Assembly: GCA_964016885.1 (NCBI GenBank)
Contig: OZ024755.1
Span: 31,682,001 to 31,746,000, forward strand
Length of the DNA stretch: 64,000 nt
DNA from: Eledone cirrhosa
Lineage: Eukaryota
Direction of reading: 5' to 3'
Notes under the pieces: generated by a model
What the model saw: only the letters and a program-made list of their open reading frames with translations
Told to the model about the DNA's origin: nothing
The model's database searches: none
Program-made: the position numbers and the translations under genes
Part shown: positions 37,341 through 49,933 of the stretch, in pieces
Position numbering within the stretch: position 1 is the stretch's first letter
Layout: the number at the start of each line of letters is the position of its first letter

Positions 37341-37773
37341 GCCGATAGTTAAGCTACAGCCTCGTCTAGGACTGACCCCTAGTTAAGCTCAGCCTCATCT
37401 AGGACTGACCCCTAGTTAAGCTACAGCCTCGTCTCGGACTGACAGATAGTTAAGCTATAGCTTTGTCTTGGACTGACCGATAGTTAAGCTAGAGCCTCGT
37501 CTCGGACTTACCGATAGTTAAGCTACAGCCTCGTCTAGGACTGATCCCTAGTTAAGCTACAGCCTCGTCTAGGACTGACCGATAGTTAAGCTACAGCCTC
37601 GTCTAGGACTGACCGATAGTTAAGCTTCAGCCTCGTCTAGGACTGACCGATAGTTAAGCTACAGCCTCGTCTCGGACTTACCGATAGTTAAGCTACAGCC
37701 TCGTCTAGGACTGACCGATAGTTAAGCTACAGCCTCGTCTAGGACTGACCGATAGTTAAGCTACAGCCTCCTC
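37341..37773. repeat. 34 bp minisatellite (gatagttaagctacagcctcgtctaggactgacc), about 12.5 copies
   Basis: Head-to-tail units with no spacers. Confidence 0.95.
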
Positions 37774-40700
37774 TACAAGGGATTTCCTATCTTCACGACT
37801 GCAGAAGCTGGAATTAAGCAGCTGCCCTGTGGGTTTTTGAAAGGATTGACATTTTTAAAATTGAAGTTTATTATTGCTGCTAAGGGAGACAAAACATGGG
37901 GGGAAAAACTTCATGTTGGACATGAGCCCAACTTCGAGTGAGGTTGGACATGAGCCCAACTTCGAGTGAGGTCGAGTATAAACCCAACTCTTTATTTTGT
38001 ATCAAAATAAATATTGAAAGAATAATTTCAAAACCCATCAGTAAACAATGGAATATGTCAGCCTTGGTCATTGGGGCCCTCAACTTAATTTTATTTAACT
38101 GGACTAGTCGCTCTATTTTTCACCCCACTTCATGTTCTTGTTTTTTCTGTGCTTGTAATAAAATCAAATATATTCACATCCAAATGATCGTGGTCCCTTA
38201 TTGATTTGTAAGCTACTCGTGAAGGGACAGCTGTGTGGTTATGGAGTTTTGTAATCATGTTTTAGATTGTCTCATCCAATACAGCCATGGGGCTAGATGC
38301 TCCAGTTTATATAGTCCAGACTCAGAAGTTTTGTTGAACTATGTTCAACATGATCAACTAGATCTCTCTAAGGTGGTGCCCCAGCATAACTAAGACAAGG
38401 AGTGTGGTGCCCCATCAAAACCAGTTGTAGTGTAATATCCCAGCAAGACTGTAAAAGTGTGGTGCCCAGTTTAATGAAACCAGTAATCGTGCTCCAAGAT
38501 GCCCCCATTCTAGAAACTGAAAACAGTGTATGTTGCTCAGTATGGCCACAGCCCAATGACTAAAACCAGTATTGTCTGAGAATTTCACCGATGTGCTGTA
38601 GGTTAGTGTATGCTATATGAAGTTGTGTAAGAGATTAGTTAACACTTTTGTTACCATATTGCCAATAGTTTACAAATCATTTTGAAAATAAGAATTTGAA
38701 CAGATTTAGTAATACAAACTTTGTCAGTATCATGCTGGTGTTTGGAGCATAACTTAAAGGATCTTAAACAAAATATTGGAATGTTCTCAGATGAATATAA
38801 CCACTTTAAACAAGCAGTTTTATATCATAGATGTGGGCTTTGTAAGCCATAATGAAGGCCACCTGTCTAGGAGAGCAGTCACTCTGAAAAAAAACAGAGG
38901 TAGTGACAACTTCTCTTGTGTTGTTGGCAAAGTAAAAATGGACACCTGCTTCTGATGTGATGGTGAAGGGCGAGATAGTTTGGTGGGTGGGAATGTGAAG
39001 GGTGAGCTGCTAGTCAGGGGTCAGTGGAGATAAAACACACAAAACTAGCAGAGATGTCACCAGTCAACTGACAGGATGTTGGGTCTAAATAGAGATTTTG
39101 ATCTCTGGTGTGACTTTACAGGAGCTAGACTAATGGTTATTGAAGGGGAAAGTCATTGTGTTGGTGATTGTTAACCCTTTCGTTACCATATTTCTAATGA
39201 CAGTGACTCTCATTAGAAATATGGTAGTGAAAGGGTTAATGACATAGACAGTGTCTTTTCTGTATTTAGAAGGAATTTTTTCATAATTAGGCTGATGTTT
39301 GAAGCATAACTTAAAAGATTTTATACAAAATCCTGTAACGTTTTTAGATAAATATAAACACTTTAAAATAAAGTGTTTATATCATAGAATGAGGTGCAGT
39401 TTAGTATGAAAGGGGGTTAATGTTTATTGCCAACATCTTTCGACATGTTGACGATTGGGAGCAGCATCAGTCAATTTACTCTCCTCACAATATACTCATA
39501 TTTCCAAAGACTGAAATAAATTCTTGTTTGTGCAGATAGAGGCAAGATCTGAAGTGCTTTGTTTGGTGAAGAAAGGAAAAGCTGTCTTACACTAAATATT
39601 TTCTGGTGTTTTAATCTACAATACTCAGAAAAATCTTTGTCCAGTCTCAACTAGTCTGGGTGGGCTTGTTAAAGCTAGGGTCATTGATGATAGTCTCAAC
39701 TAGTCTGGGAAGGCTTAATAAAGCTAGAGCTGTGTATCTCTTAGATTAATGTTTCTCTTTTTTTTATGTTCTATCTGGAACCACCATTTTAATTAAGGCA
39801 GTGCCCAGATTCTATTAAATTTCAGTTCTGCACAATAGCTTTTTTTTCTCTTCTAAGAAAAAAAAATCATCAGATCAGACATTGCTGATGCTGTCTGCCC
39901 TCTCAAATTCTGGTATGAAGTGTCACCACTTTTCTGGTGAAAGAAAGTAGGATTTTAACTCGGAACCAGAATGGATACCACAAAACATTCTCTCCCCCCC
40001 CCCCCCCAAGTTGTTCCCAACAAAATATTAAAGAGTGAAAACAAGATATCAATTGTTTTAAAGTTTAATACAAAATATGAATTTAATATATAATATATAC
40101 ACAGTATGTCCCCCAAAAATGTATACACGTTTATTAGATGGGACATTGTATATATATACATATAAATCTTTTGATAGAAGACTACCAGCATTTCATATAC
40201 AATATTGGAGTGCTTCTATTTAGAAATTACTTTATATTTACATATGAATTGTATAAAATATTTGACATGAATGGAAAATGATACAAAACCACTTGGAAAT
40301 ATTAAATGTATATAAACAATTCTAATTGAAGCTGATATCATCAGAACATTAAGGAAATGTTAGAGTTGTACATGTCTGGCAGATGACTTTATCCGAGACT
40401 CTTGTTGAAACGATAACAATTACATCATGGAAGATTCATTTTAGCTATTCAAAAACTTAACACTAAGAAATAAATGTTAAGCAATGATTCTCAAACAGAA
40501 TGTACTTGGATGAGGAATTTTAGCCAACTTGGAAAACAATGTTTGTATGTGTATATCGTCATTTTTCCCTGCTTGCAAGAGGGGGGGTGGGGGTCCTATT
40601 CAGCACAGCATCTCCCCATTTGTCACGGTCTTTCGACATCTGAGTTTCAGCGATCTGAGGTCTGCTCTCACCACCTCCGCCCATGATTTTCATGGTCTTT

Positions 40701-41901
40701 ACCCAGCAGTCATCCTCCATGTACATCACATGTCGATACCAACGCAGTCTTCTCTCCCACACACTACACCTTATCCCTCTTATACAACAGTCTCAGATCA
40801 AATCAAAATACCAATATATGCAACTATAGTGTATATTGTATATATACATATGAAATACCAATATACACAACTATAAGGGTATAGATGACAATACTTCAGC
40901 TTTAATCCTGTTTGGAACTATATAATTATAGAGGTTTGACAAGCTTGTTCATGTTAAAATAGTGTTGAGGTAAAAATTATGAGATGATAATCTAAATTGA
41001 GGAATCCTGGGATTGCAAGAGGATTTGACCTGGGTTTCTGAGAATCACTGAGATAAAGGGAAGTTAAGTTTTTTTGTGTTTTTCATTGATTAAAATAACC
41101 CTTCCTCGGTGTAATTACTATAAAAACTTAAAGATCTGAGAACCAGTGAAACGGACAGAAATTAGTTTCTATAAATTCATTAAAACATTAAAATTCGCTT
41201 CTATGCAATAGGTTGGTAATACCCTTTGAATATTGACTAATTACTATTAATGAGAAAAATATATTTAATGAATTTCTCTTTTGTAATAGGTTACATAAAA
41301 TATATATATAAACACTTTAAAAGGAAAGTTAAAAGTAAATCTAGATAAAGAACAAATCTGTCTCAAGCCTAGAAGTTCATCAGGCCACAGCTTGTCCTGG
41401 TTTCCTTGGCTACTGGTACTCATTCATTTTCAGCAGCTGAGTTGACTGGAGCAATATGAAATGAAGTGTCTTGCTCAAGGAAATGAACCTTATCACTGAT
41501 AGCAAGGGTTGGATCATGTTTAAATGAAATCTTATTAAATAAGTGGTTTATGTAATTTAGAGAATAAAACAAACGTAACATTTCTACTAAAAGTACATCA
41601 ATAAGTTTTGAATATTAAACTAGTGAAAGTTCCGTATTTCTCGGTGCCAAGGACGCACCCGAATTTTAACAACCAAAAATAAAAAAAAATAAAACCCTTT
41701 GGCCTTCAGGGCGCATGGTAGATTTGAGACTTAGGAAAGAAGTAGCGTCTTCGATGCTGGGAAATACGGTAGTTTTGTTGTTAAGAGTTAATACAATGGA
41801 ACTAAAAGATAAAAACACGGAATATAAACTGAGATACAATTTTTTTTTTTTTTTTGGAGGGGGTCCTGAATTTAAGTAACCACAGGTAATCAAAATCGGG
41901 T

Positions 41902-44840
41902 TTACATTGCAAATTCATTATCAGATTCAATGATCTTCTTAGGCCAGGATGCATGGTCACGTTTCATTCCAGCATTGATGTGTCCGGTTCTACTCGGTTC
42001 CAAGGGTCTATAAGGAACTGACGATCGGATTTCAGCAATCTGTTTCCTGCGGATCTCTTCCACTACCATACAAGTTGAACAAGCTTGTGTCCACAAGAGA
42101 ACACAGCAGAAGATGCAGAGCAAAGGACCACATAAGGCAAAATAATAACCCCAGTTCAAACTGACATGTGGCGCTGTATTAAGAATGACTCTGTTCATAA
42201 CTGGGAAGTCATCCCAGATGTCACCTTCTGTGTGAATTCCAGCAAACGCAACACCAAAAATTAGGGAAAGAGCTGAAAATATAATTAAAACAAAAAAATA
42301 AAGATGGTGAAGAAATGTGAAAAACATAAGTTGATTCTCAGACAAAGGAGATAGAGTGTCCATTGGTCTCTCTATTTCTGATACCCAGTTTACATGTAGC
42401 AGAGAAAACACTAAGTGTTCATGTAGCAGGCAAAACACCCACTGTACATGTAGCAGACAACATCTTGTACAATAATTATTCTAAATATTCAAAACAAAAT
42501 CCAATTCACTCACCTGAAAATGTGACAAATCCTGCTGAAGCAATTTCTCCAGTGACAGAACCATATTTCTGACATGCCAAAATAAATATCCCAACAGTAG
42601 ACATGGTTAAAGAAAACATACCAATGGAATACAATACTTGGCCAACATACAACATTTCTGCAAATAAAAGAACACATTTATTAACTCTTAAAATCCTCTA
42701 CCACATTCTTTAAAAGTACAAAACAGTTCTACGATTGCAACACACAAAAACCCAATCTTTTACATATTTTCACAACCTGTCTGCTAATAAACATTTGAAT
42801 TAATAAGCCTTCTTTTAGATATTTTCTACTAAAACATTAGATGATGTTAAGAGGTAATTGTAAAAGTACTTTCGTCACACCCTGTGGCTTTATTGACGAC
42901 TCTTCCCCTCTGTCTCTTCTTCGTCCACAATTACTCCATCTTTGAAGTGATTGACTGAGTCAACATGGAGTAAAGAGGACCCTTTCCTCTTGTCAACAAC
43001 TTTCCAACCCCCCTAGCATTGCTGCTACAATAAAATACACCCAGTACACTCTGTAAAGGGGTAGTGCTGGTACCACAATAAAATACACCCAGTACACTCT
43101 GTAAAGTGGTAGTGCTGCTACCACAATAAAATACACTCTGTAAAGGGGTAGTGCTGGTGTCATGATAAATACACCCAGTACACTCTGTAAAGTAGTAGTG
43201 CTGGTACCATGATAAAATACACCCAGTACACTCTGTAAAGTGATAGTGCTGGTGCTACAATAAAATACACCCAGTACACTCTGTAAAGGGGTAGTGCTGG
43301 TACCACAATAAAATACACCCAGTACACTCTGTAAAGTGATAGTGCTGGTGATATGATAAAATACCCCCAGTACACTCTGTAAAGTGGTAGTATTGGTGTC
43401 ATGATAAAATACATCCAGTACACTCTAAAGTGGTAGTGTTGATACTACAATAAAATACACCCAGTACACTCTGTAAAGGGGTAGTGCTGGTGCTACAATA
43501 AAATACACCCAGTACACTCTGTAAAGTGGTAGTGTTGGTGTCATGATAAAATACATCCAGTACACTCTGTAAAGTAGTAGTGATGGTACTATGATAAAAT
43601 ACACCCAGTACACTCTGTAAAGTGGTAGTGTTGGTGTCATGATAAAATACATCCAGTACACTCTGTAAAGTAGTAGTGATGGTACCATGATAAAATACAC
43701 CCAGTTCACTCCGTATCGTGGTAGTGCTGGTACCATGATAAAATACACCTAGTACACTCTGTAAAGTGGTAGTGTTGGTGTTAGCAAGGGTATCCAGTTG
43801 TAGAAAACATACCAAAACTGGTGAGGCCCCTGATCTGTCTTGGTCTGTGATGATTTCTCCAAATCATGCCAGCATGGATATCAGACATTAAATGATGACA
43901 ATGATGATGGTGGCGGTGCTGATGAAGGTGATGATGATGGTGGTGGTTGTTGTGGTGATGATGAGGGTGGTGGTGGTGATAATGATGGCAATGTGGATGA
44001 TGGTGATGATAATGATGATGGTGGTGGTGATGATGGAGGTGATGGTGATGACAATAGTGATGATGGTAACAATGATAATGATGGTAGTGGTGCTGATGAT
44101 GGTGGTAGTGGTGGTAATGGTGATGATGGTGGTGGTGGTGGTGGTGCTGATGGTGATTGTGGTGGTGTTGGTGGTGCTGATGCTGGTGATGGTGGTGGTG
44201 TTGGTGGCGGTGATGATGGTGGTGGTGGTGATGATGGTGGTGGTGTTGGTGGCAGTGGTGATGATGATGATAGTGGTGGTGGTGGTGGTGGTGGTGTTAT
44301 GTCTATTTTGCCAAAGTCTGCCACAAACCTACAATACTTACTTGGTAGAAGTAAGACAGGGGCAGTGTTCTCCAGGTGTACAAGAGATACTAGTTTATAC
44401 TTCAACTGAGTGAGGGTTTTAAAGTCAGCATATGGATACTCCAAGTAAAAGAGACCAACGTTGACTGCAGGAACATATAATTGATTGAATGTTTTGCCAA
44501 CGTCGCTATTCTGGCGTTTGTAACGCAGAAATCTTCGAGATCTGACCAGAGCCTGCATCACGTTGTACTGGCCTAAAGAGCGTTTCTTTCTACCGTTCAC
44601 TGAAAGAGTAGTGGTTGCTTCAGTTGATGGTGTTGAACTACCGGTAGGTGTAGTGGCACTGGTGCTTGTTGTTGGGATGTCAATCGTGATCGGTTCTATA
44701 GGGTTGATAGTCTGGAAGTCAACCACAAACCAGTAGGGTAAGAAGAGAGCTGTTAAAGAGAGGATCATCGTAACTAACATGAGGTTAGACAGGAGGAAGA
44801 GACGGCTATTTTGAGGCCAGTATTTCACAACACCCCTCAT
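41902..44840 (-). CDS. PMP22/EMP/claudin-superfamily four-TM protein, about 337 aa. Exons: 44840-44342, 42657-42514, 42272-41902
   Basis: GT-AG phase-1 introns join in frame. An in-frame TGA lies upstream of the ATG, with a splice acceptor at 44868-44870. Four hydrophobic segments; TM1 is followed by PYW, then later NVGLF; LNWGYYFA precedes TM4. Confidence 0.8.
43020..44298 (+). repeat. 48 bp minisatellite (~16 copies), then SINE/RTE-type tail, then expanded (GAT/GGT)n repeat
   Basis: The array runs into gttagcaagggtatccagttgtagaaa...gacattaaatgatga, then the trinucleotide tract. All of it is intronic in the tetraspan gene. Confidence 0.9.
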
Positions 44841-44930
44841 GACGGAAGTTCAGTCAAAAAACAACACCTGAAAGTAAATATATAAAAAAATATCTTCAAA
44901 TAAATGTAAAATGGAATGAGAGTTGGGTGG

Positions 44931-45222
44931 AGAGACAGGCTGACAGGTAGAAAGACAGAGAGAGACAGACAGTCATGTAGACAGAGTGACAGACTGACAG
45001 TCATGTAGACAGAGTGACAGACAGAGAGACAGACAGTCATGTAGACAGAGTGACACACTGGCAGTCATGTAGACAGAGAGACAGGTAGAAAGAGTGACAG
45101 AGAGACAGACAGTCATGTAGACAGAGTGACAGACTGACAGTCATGTAGACAGAGTGACAGACAGAGAGACAGATAGATAGACAGTCAGACTGACAAGTAG
45201 ATAGAAAGACAGACTGACAGAT
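44931..45222. repeat. GACA-rich minisatellite (gacagtcatgtagacagagt core)
   Basis: Seen directly in sequence. Confidence 0.85.
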
Positions 45223-45267
45223 GTATTTATTGTCTGAAGATACATAAGTAGATAGCTATAGATAGAT

Positions 45268-46262
45268 GCTTTTCGATGACCAAATCTTCGAGAGACTCGA
45301 TTAGGCTGCGTTGCCCAAGCGATTTGGGGGTCTTAGTCTTCGTAAATGTTCGCCCCTCTCTCTCCCTTGTTTCCTTTCCTCCACCCTAGTGAGCAATACC
45401 CTCTCCTTTCCAGCATGGGCTAGTTCCAAAAAGGAGATGGAAGAAGCTCTCCAGCAATGGAGTCAGTTGGGCTTGTCTCTTCCTGAGAAGGTGAAGGACA
45501 GTCAAAGTCAGAGAGCTTGGGACAGCATACATTCGAGGGTCACTTTTGACTCCCTCTTCGACCAGTCGGATTAGTTTTCAAGGTGCCGCTTACTATCCGC
45601 CAGTGCCAAATACTCAGGTGACTGGGTTGATGCTCTACCCGTGGCTAACGTTGGTGGCCTACTCAGCTTGGACGAATCTCGTGTCTCCATTACACTCAGA
45701 GTGGGAGCCGACGTCTGTACGGGTCTGAAATGTCGGCGTGTTAGGCTCCTCGACTCCACAGGCCTTCACGGTCTATCTTACCGCCTGAATACTGGTTGCT
45801 TCACACATCACACTGAGCTAAACCTCATCATTAAGAAAGCTTTGGCCCGGGCAAACAACCCCTCAATTTTGGAACCGCCTGGGATGTCCAGAATTGATAG
45901 GAAAATACCTGACGGCCTTACCCTGTGCCCCTGGTAAAGAGGCAGGTACCTTGTCTGAGTAATTCTTTTGTTTCTTCCCACATCCTCGATGCAGCGGTAA
46001 GGGCGAGAGCCACAGCTTTCGTAGCCGAACGGAATAAAATCCTAAAATACTGTGATCTTTCAGTTAACTACATTTTCCAGCCTGTGGCGTTCGAGACGTT
46101 TGGGCGAATCGGGCTGCTGTGAGGTTCTTGTCTTCACTGGCAGTTCGCCTAACAGAGGTAACTGGTGAAGCTCGTGAAGGCGTTTGGTTGTTCCAGCGCA
46201 TCAGCCTCGCCATCACCCGAGGTAACGCCGCAAACATACTGGCTTGCCTCAAAAATTATTAG
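45268..46262 (+). mobile_element. CRE-like non-LTR retrotransposon 3' fragment with restriction-like endonuclease
   Basis: LPKRFGGL, degenerate zinc knuckle (D..GLHGLS), EPPG..PDG.T..PW, K..KY, PVAFETFG, FQRISLAITRGNA. Confidence 0.75.
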
Positions 46263-46693
46263 AGAGGTTTCCTAGTGCTCTTCGCGATACCGTTATCTTT
46301 TGCTCTGGTAACGGCTCAGTTGTCGCACCCCCCCCCCCCCCTTTGTAGTATAACTTGGTTTTTCTCCCTCTGTTTCTATATGTGTATACATGCATCTTCA
46401 TATAAGTGTGTCTGCGTGTGTGTGGGTATATATTTTTTTACCCCTAATTTTACGTAAGTGTGCGTCTATGTATATCTGATTCCGTGTGTACATGTATTTT
46501 TTCCGTTATTTTATTCCAACCAATCCCGCCGAGGTTAACTTTGCCTTTCATCCTTACGGGGTCGATAAAATAAAGTACCAGTAATGTACTGGGTAATTGA
46601 TGGCCTTATGCCAAAAGTAGAAACAGTTATTTTATTCCAACCTCACTTTCACTTATAATAGATTTTAATTTAATATCTTATATCCAAATAAAG

Positions 46694-46766
46694 ATTCCTT
46701 CTGATGAGCGATATCAGGCGTTTCTGTTAGAATCATCTAACTTCGTGAAACCTTGGGTAATGGAAT
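46694..46766 (+). ncRNA. Type I hammerhead ribozyme motif (family A)
   Basis: attcctt-CTGATGA-gcga...tcgt-GAAA-cc-ttg-gg-TA-atggaat. Confidence 0.7.
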
Positions 46767-47103
46767 AATTATATTGTGTTGTTTATTAGATAATTAAATT
46801 ATATATATATAGTCAGTAGGCACCTCTTAACCAAATATACACCCCAATCCACTACCCCTACCCTATCCTCTCTCTGTAAAGTTCGTACCACAACATCCAA
46901 TCCAAATAAATGAGATAATGAGATCGAGATCGTGTAGGTGTCACGACAAAAAAACACACAGTTCGGATCTAGCTGTCGAAACGGCCGCAGCTCAGCCGTC
47001 ACGGTCCTGACTCTTTTCCTATTACCCACTCTACTACCCTAAGTATTGAGTACTCTGGTGCGTTATGGTCCACCTGGTATCTTACCACACCCTCTTTGTT
47101 ATA

Positions 47104-47158
<55 letters not shown>

Positions 47159-47329
47159 TGAAGAAAAAGGCGGCAGAGACATAAAAAATTTTGATAGTTA
47201 ACTTAGTATTTCATACTTCTAAGTAACTCAAGTACTTGTATATGTCACTGTTATAACTAATTATACTAAACTCGTCCTATGGACTGAGTACTCTTACCCT
47301 TGGATATTTCTACCAAACTTATACTACAG

Positions 47330-47374
<45 letters not shown>

Positions 47375-48337
47375 ATATATATATATATAGTACGCAGGTG
47401 TATTGTGGAGGAAAAAAAATGTCATTTCCGTCAGTTATGGAGGACATTTGAAATAGTTGAACTGATTAATAATATAAAGGGAGGGGCAAAAGTTAGGTGT
47501 TTATTGCAACATGAATATAACTTGTGTAGATTTTATAGAGATATTTCAGATTTAAAACTATATAGTATGACACACATACCTTCTTGGTCATACTAACAGG
47601 CCATTGTGTGTGTGTGTATATGTGTATGTGTGAGAGAGATTAAAACACGAGTTAAATATAAAAAACTTAAATATATAAACAACAACAAAACAATGATAAT
47701 AACGTGAAATCTGAAGATTTTTACCTTAATGATTAATACGTATGTTTAAATTGAAAACAAGAGTCCTTGTATGATGTAGTAGTTTAGTTAGAAGTCACCT
47801 GTCCAGTAAGTTACAGGTGCGCTGCAGTCACTTTAACTCATCAACAGCTAAGGGAAGTAACTTAACACTTATCAAACAGGTAGTATTTCAGCTTAATCTT
47901 ACAAACTTGAACGAGCTTAAATGTCTGCTGGGTATTATAGATTTCGCAGTTAGCCAGTCCACAATATATATATATAGAGAGAGAGAGAGAGTCGGGACCA
48001 GACGGCTGAACTCGTGCCGTTGCAACAGCTAGTACCATAAAAGATGAAGTTAGAAATAGCACGGAAAATATATTTAAGGGTCTGTTTTTTTTTTTATCCT
48101 TTCTTTGATTCGTCAAAGTGACATTATTGAAAACATGAGAGGAACAATTCTTTAAAAAAAAAAGTTGTATAATGTATATAAAGTATATAAAGTATATATA
48201 TATATATGCAAAAGTTCTATTTAAATTGTTGGGATACAACAAGCAAACACTTTTATAACTGATATAAAGCACTCGACAAGAAATTGGAGTAAATATACGA
48301 TATTAACAAATGGAAAATATATTTATAAAACCATATC

Positions 48338-48402
48338 TATTTTATTATACATATTTCAAGGATACCATGTTAAATTATGGTATGCTTTCATCAGACAAAA
48401 TA
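48338..48402 (-). ncRNA. Type I hammerhead ribozyme motif (family C)
   Basis: Minus strand: tattttgt-CTGATGA-aag c ataccat aatttaac atggtat c ctt-GAAA-tatgta-TA-ataaaata. Stem I is 8 bp; stem II is 3+7 bp. Confidence 0.78.
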
Positions 48403-48700
48403 CAATATATACCAGTTTTATAAATAAATTTTAACATACCCTTTCAAAATGCAACCGTTACTTTTGGAAGACATCAGGATATATATATATATATTGTTAT
48501 ACTTTGGGAGGGTCATATTGCCATAAAGAAACACACGCACCAGTTGGTTTCACTCCAATTTATTATAAATTTCCGGTTGGTTGGTTGGTTGGTTCCACAA
48601 CCGGACGGTTGTTCATATATTGTCAAAGTTCTTTCATCACACATTCTGTGACCTCTTCAATGACTGGGGATTCTTCTCCTTTGTTCTGTCCTACGCCATC

Positions 48701-48731
<31 letters not shown>

Positions 48732-48875
48732 GTGTGTGTGTGTGTTTAATTATATTGGAATTTACCAATATATCTCCCGTTAAAGATTATAGAAGCTCAA
48801 TGCTAATCAGTATCCTTGGTCAAGCAACCTCCGTGGATTATGTTATGGCATGAACTGCAGAGCTCAATATTTTAA

Positions 48876-49044
48876 TAACAATGAATAACCAGTTTTACAA
48901 GATTTACATTATTTGACCCTACGATCGTTTCAATGTAGGAGGGTGGGCTGTGCCTCAATCGTTGCCCACTGAATCTATTGAAGCACACACCACCCTCCTG
49001 CATTGAAACGATCGTAGTGTAACTTTTAACTGATTATTCATTGT

Positions 49045-49047
<3 letters not shown>
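48876..49047. repeat. Imperfect palindrome carrying hammerhead 3' half on both arms
   Basis: ctacgatcgtttcaatgtaggagggtgg ... ccaccctcctgcattgaaacgatcgtag, with outer taacaatgaataa/ttattcattgtta. Confidence 0.8.
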
Positions 49048-49134
<87 letters not shown>

Positions 49135-49481
49135 GGAGTCACATGGCTTAGTGGTTAGAGCATTGGCCTTGCAATCGAAAGGTTGTGAGTTCAATTCTCA
49201 GACTGGGTGATGTGTTGTTTCCTTGAGTAGGACACTTTATTTCACATTGCTCCAGTTTACTCAGCTGTAGAAATGAGATGATAGGGACTGGGGTCCATAT
49301 CATTCCACTGCAAAGTGGTCGTGGAGGTGCCACGGCAAAAAAGCACCCAGCACTCACTGTAAATGAGGTTGGTGTTAGGAAGGGCATCCAGCTGTAGAAA
49401 TCAAGCCAGAGTCAGTTCTCGTCCCACCCTTGCAAGCAGGGAAAAGCAGACGTAAAATGAAATGATGATGATGATGAAATG
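49135..49481 (+). mobile_element. Full-length tRNA-derived SINE with RTE-type 3' tail
   Basis: A-box tggcttagtgg, B-box gagttcaattc, tail ending gacgtaaaa(tga)n. Near-identical inverted copy at 52491-52819. Confidence 0.85.
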
Positions 49482-49548
49482 ATATATATATATAAATGAA
49501 ATAAAATAACAGGAGGCTGGACTGGTGTAAATCCTTGAAAGGTTTATT

Positions 49549-49606
49549 ATACTATGATCATTTCAATGACCGGGTTCCATATGAATCCGGTGATATCATC
49601 AGGTAT
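49549..49606 (-). ncRNA. Type I hammerhead ribozyme motif (family B, second copy)
   Basis: Minus strand: atac-CTGATGA-tatcaccggattcatatggaacccggtcatt-GAAA-tgatca-TA-gtat. Confidence 0.68.
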
Positions 49607-49806
49607 TGGAATATAACAAAGGAATATGTAAAAAACCATGGGTCCGAAAAATCAGAGACAGAGAGGACGACTGACCAACTAGCTTCTCGGCCAGTCACCC
49701 TCAAAGGCAATATATATATATTTTGGTATAACAAAGAGGGTGTGATAAGATACCAAGTGGACCATAACGCACCAGAGTACTCAATACTTAGGGTAGTAGA
49801 GTGGGT

Positions 49807-49933
49807 AATAGGAAAAGAGTCAGGACCCCGATGGCTGAGCTCCGGCCGTTTTGACAGTTAGATCCAAACTGTTCGGATCTAATTGTTGAATCGGGCGGAG
49901 CTCAGCTGTTGGGGTCCTGACTCTTTTCCTATC
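49807..49933. repeat. Imperfect palindrome of a short dispersed element (single arm also at ~46962-47105)
   Basis: ataggaaaagagtcaggacccc ... ggggtcctgactcttttcctat, axis at ~49870. Confidence 0.85.

Noticed and set aside
37341-37773. CRISPR-like appearance of 34 bp partly palindromic repeats (likewise the other 26-50 bp arrays)
   Set aside because: Units are contiguous with no unique spacers, there are no cas genes, and the context is eukaryotic.
43840-44413. Gly/Asp-rich, Met/Val-rich and poly-Pro/Ser ORFs
   Set aside because: These are translations of an intronic (GAT/GGT)n expansion. The real exon ends at the GTAAGT donor at 44341.
47200-47920. Hairpin+GAAA motifs at ~47205-47250, ~47405-47460 and ~47880-47920
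   Set aside because: No recognisable CTGANGA core or stem I. Possibly decayed ribozymes, but unsupported.
49135-49210. tRNA gene
   Set aside because: This is the tRNA-like head of a SINE: no clear acceptor stem, and it continues into the SINE body and tail.
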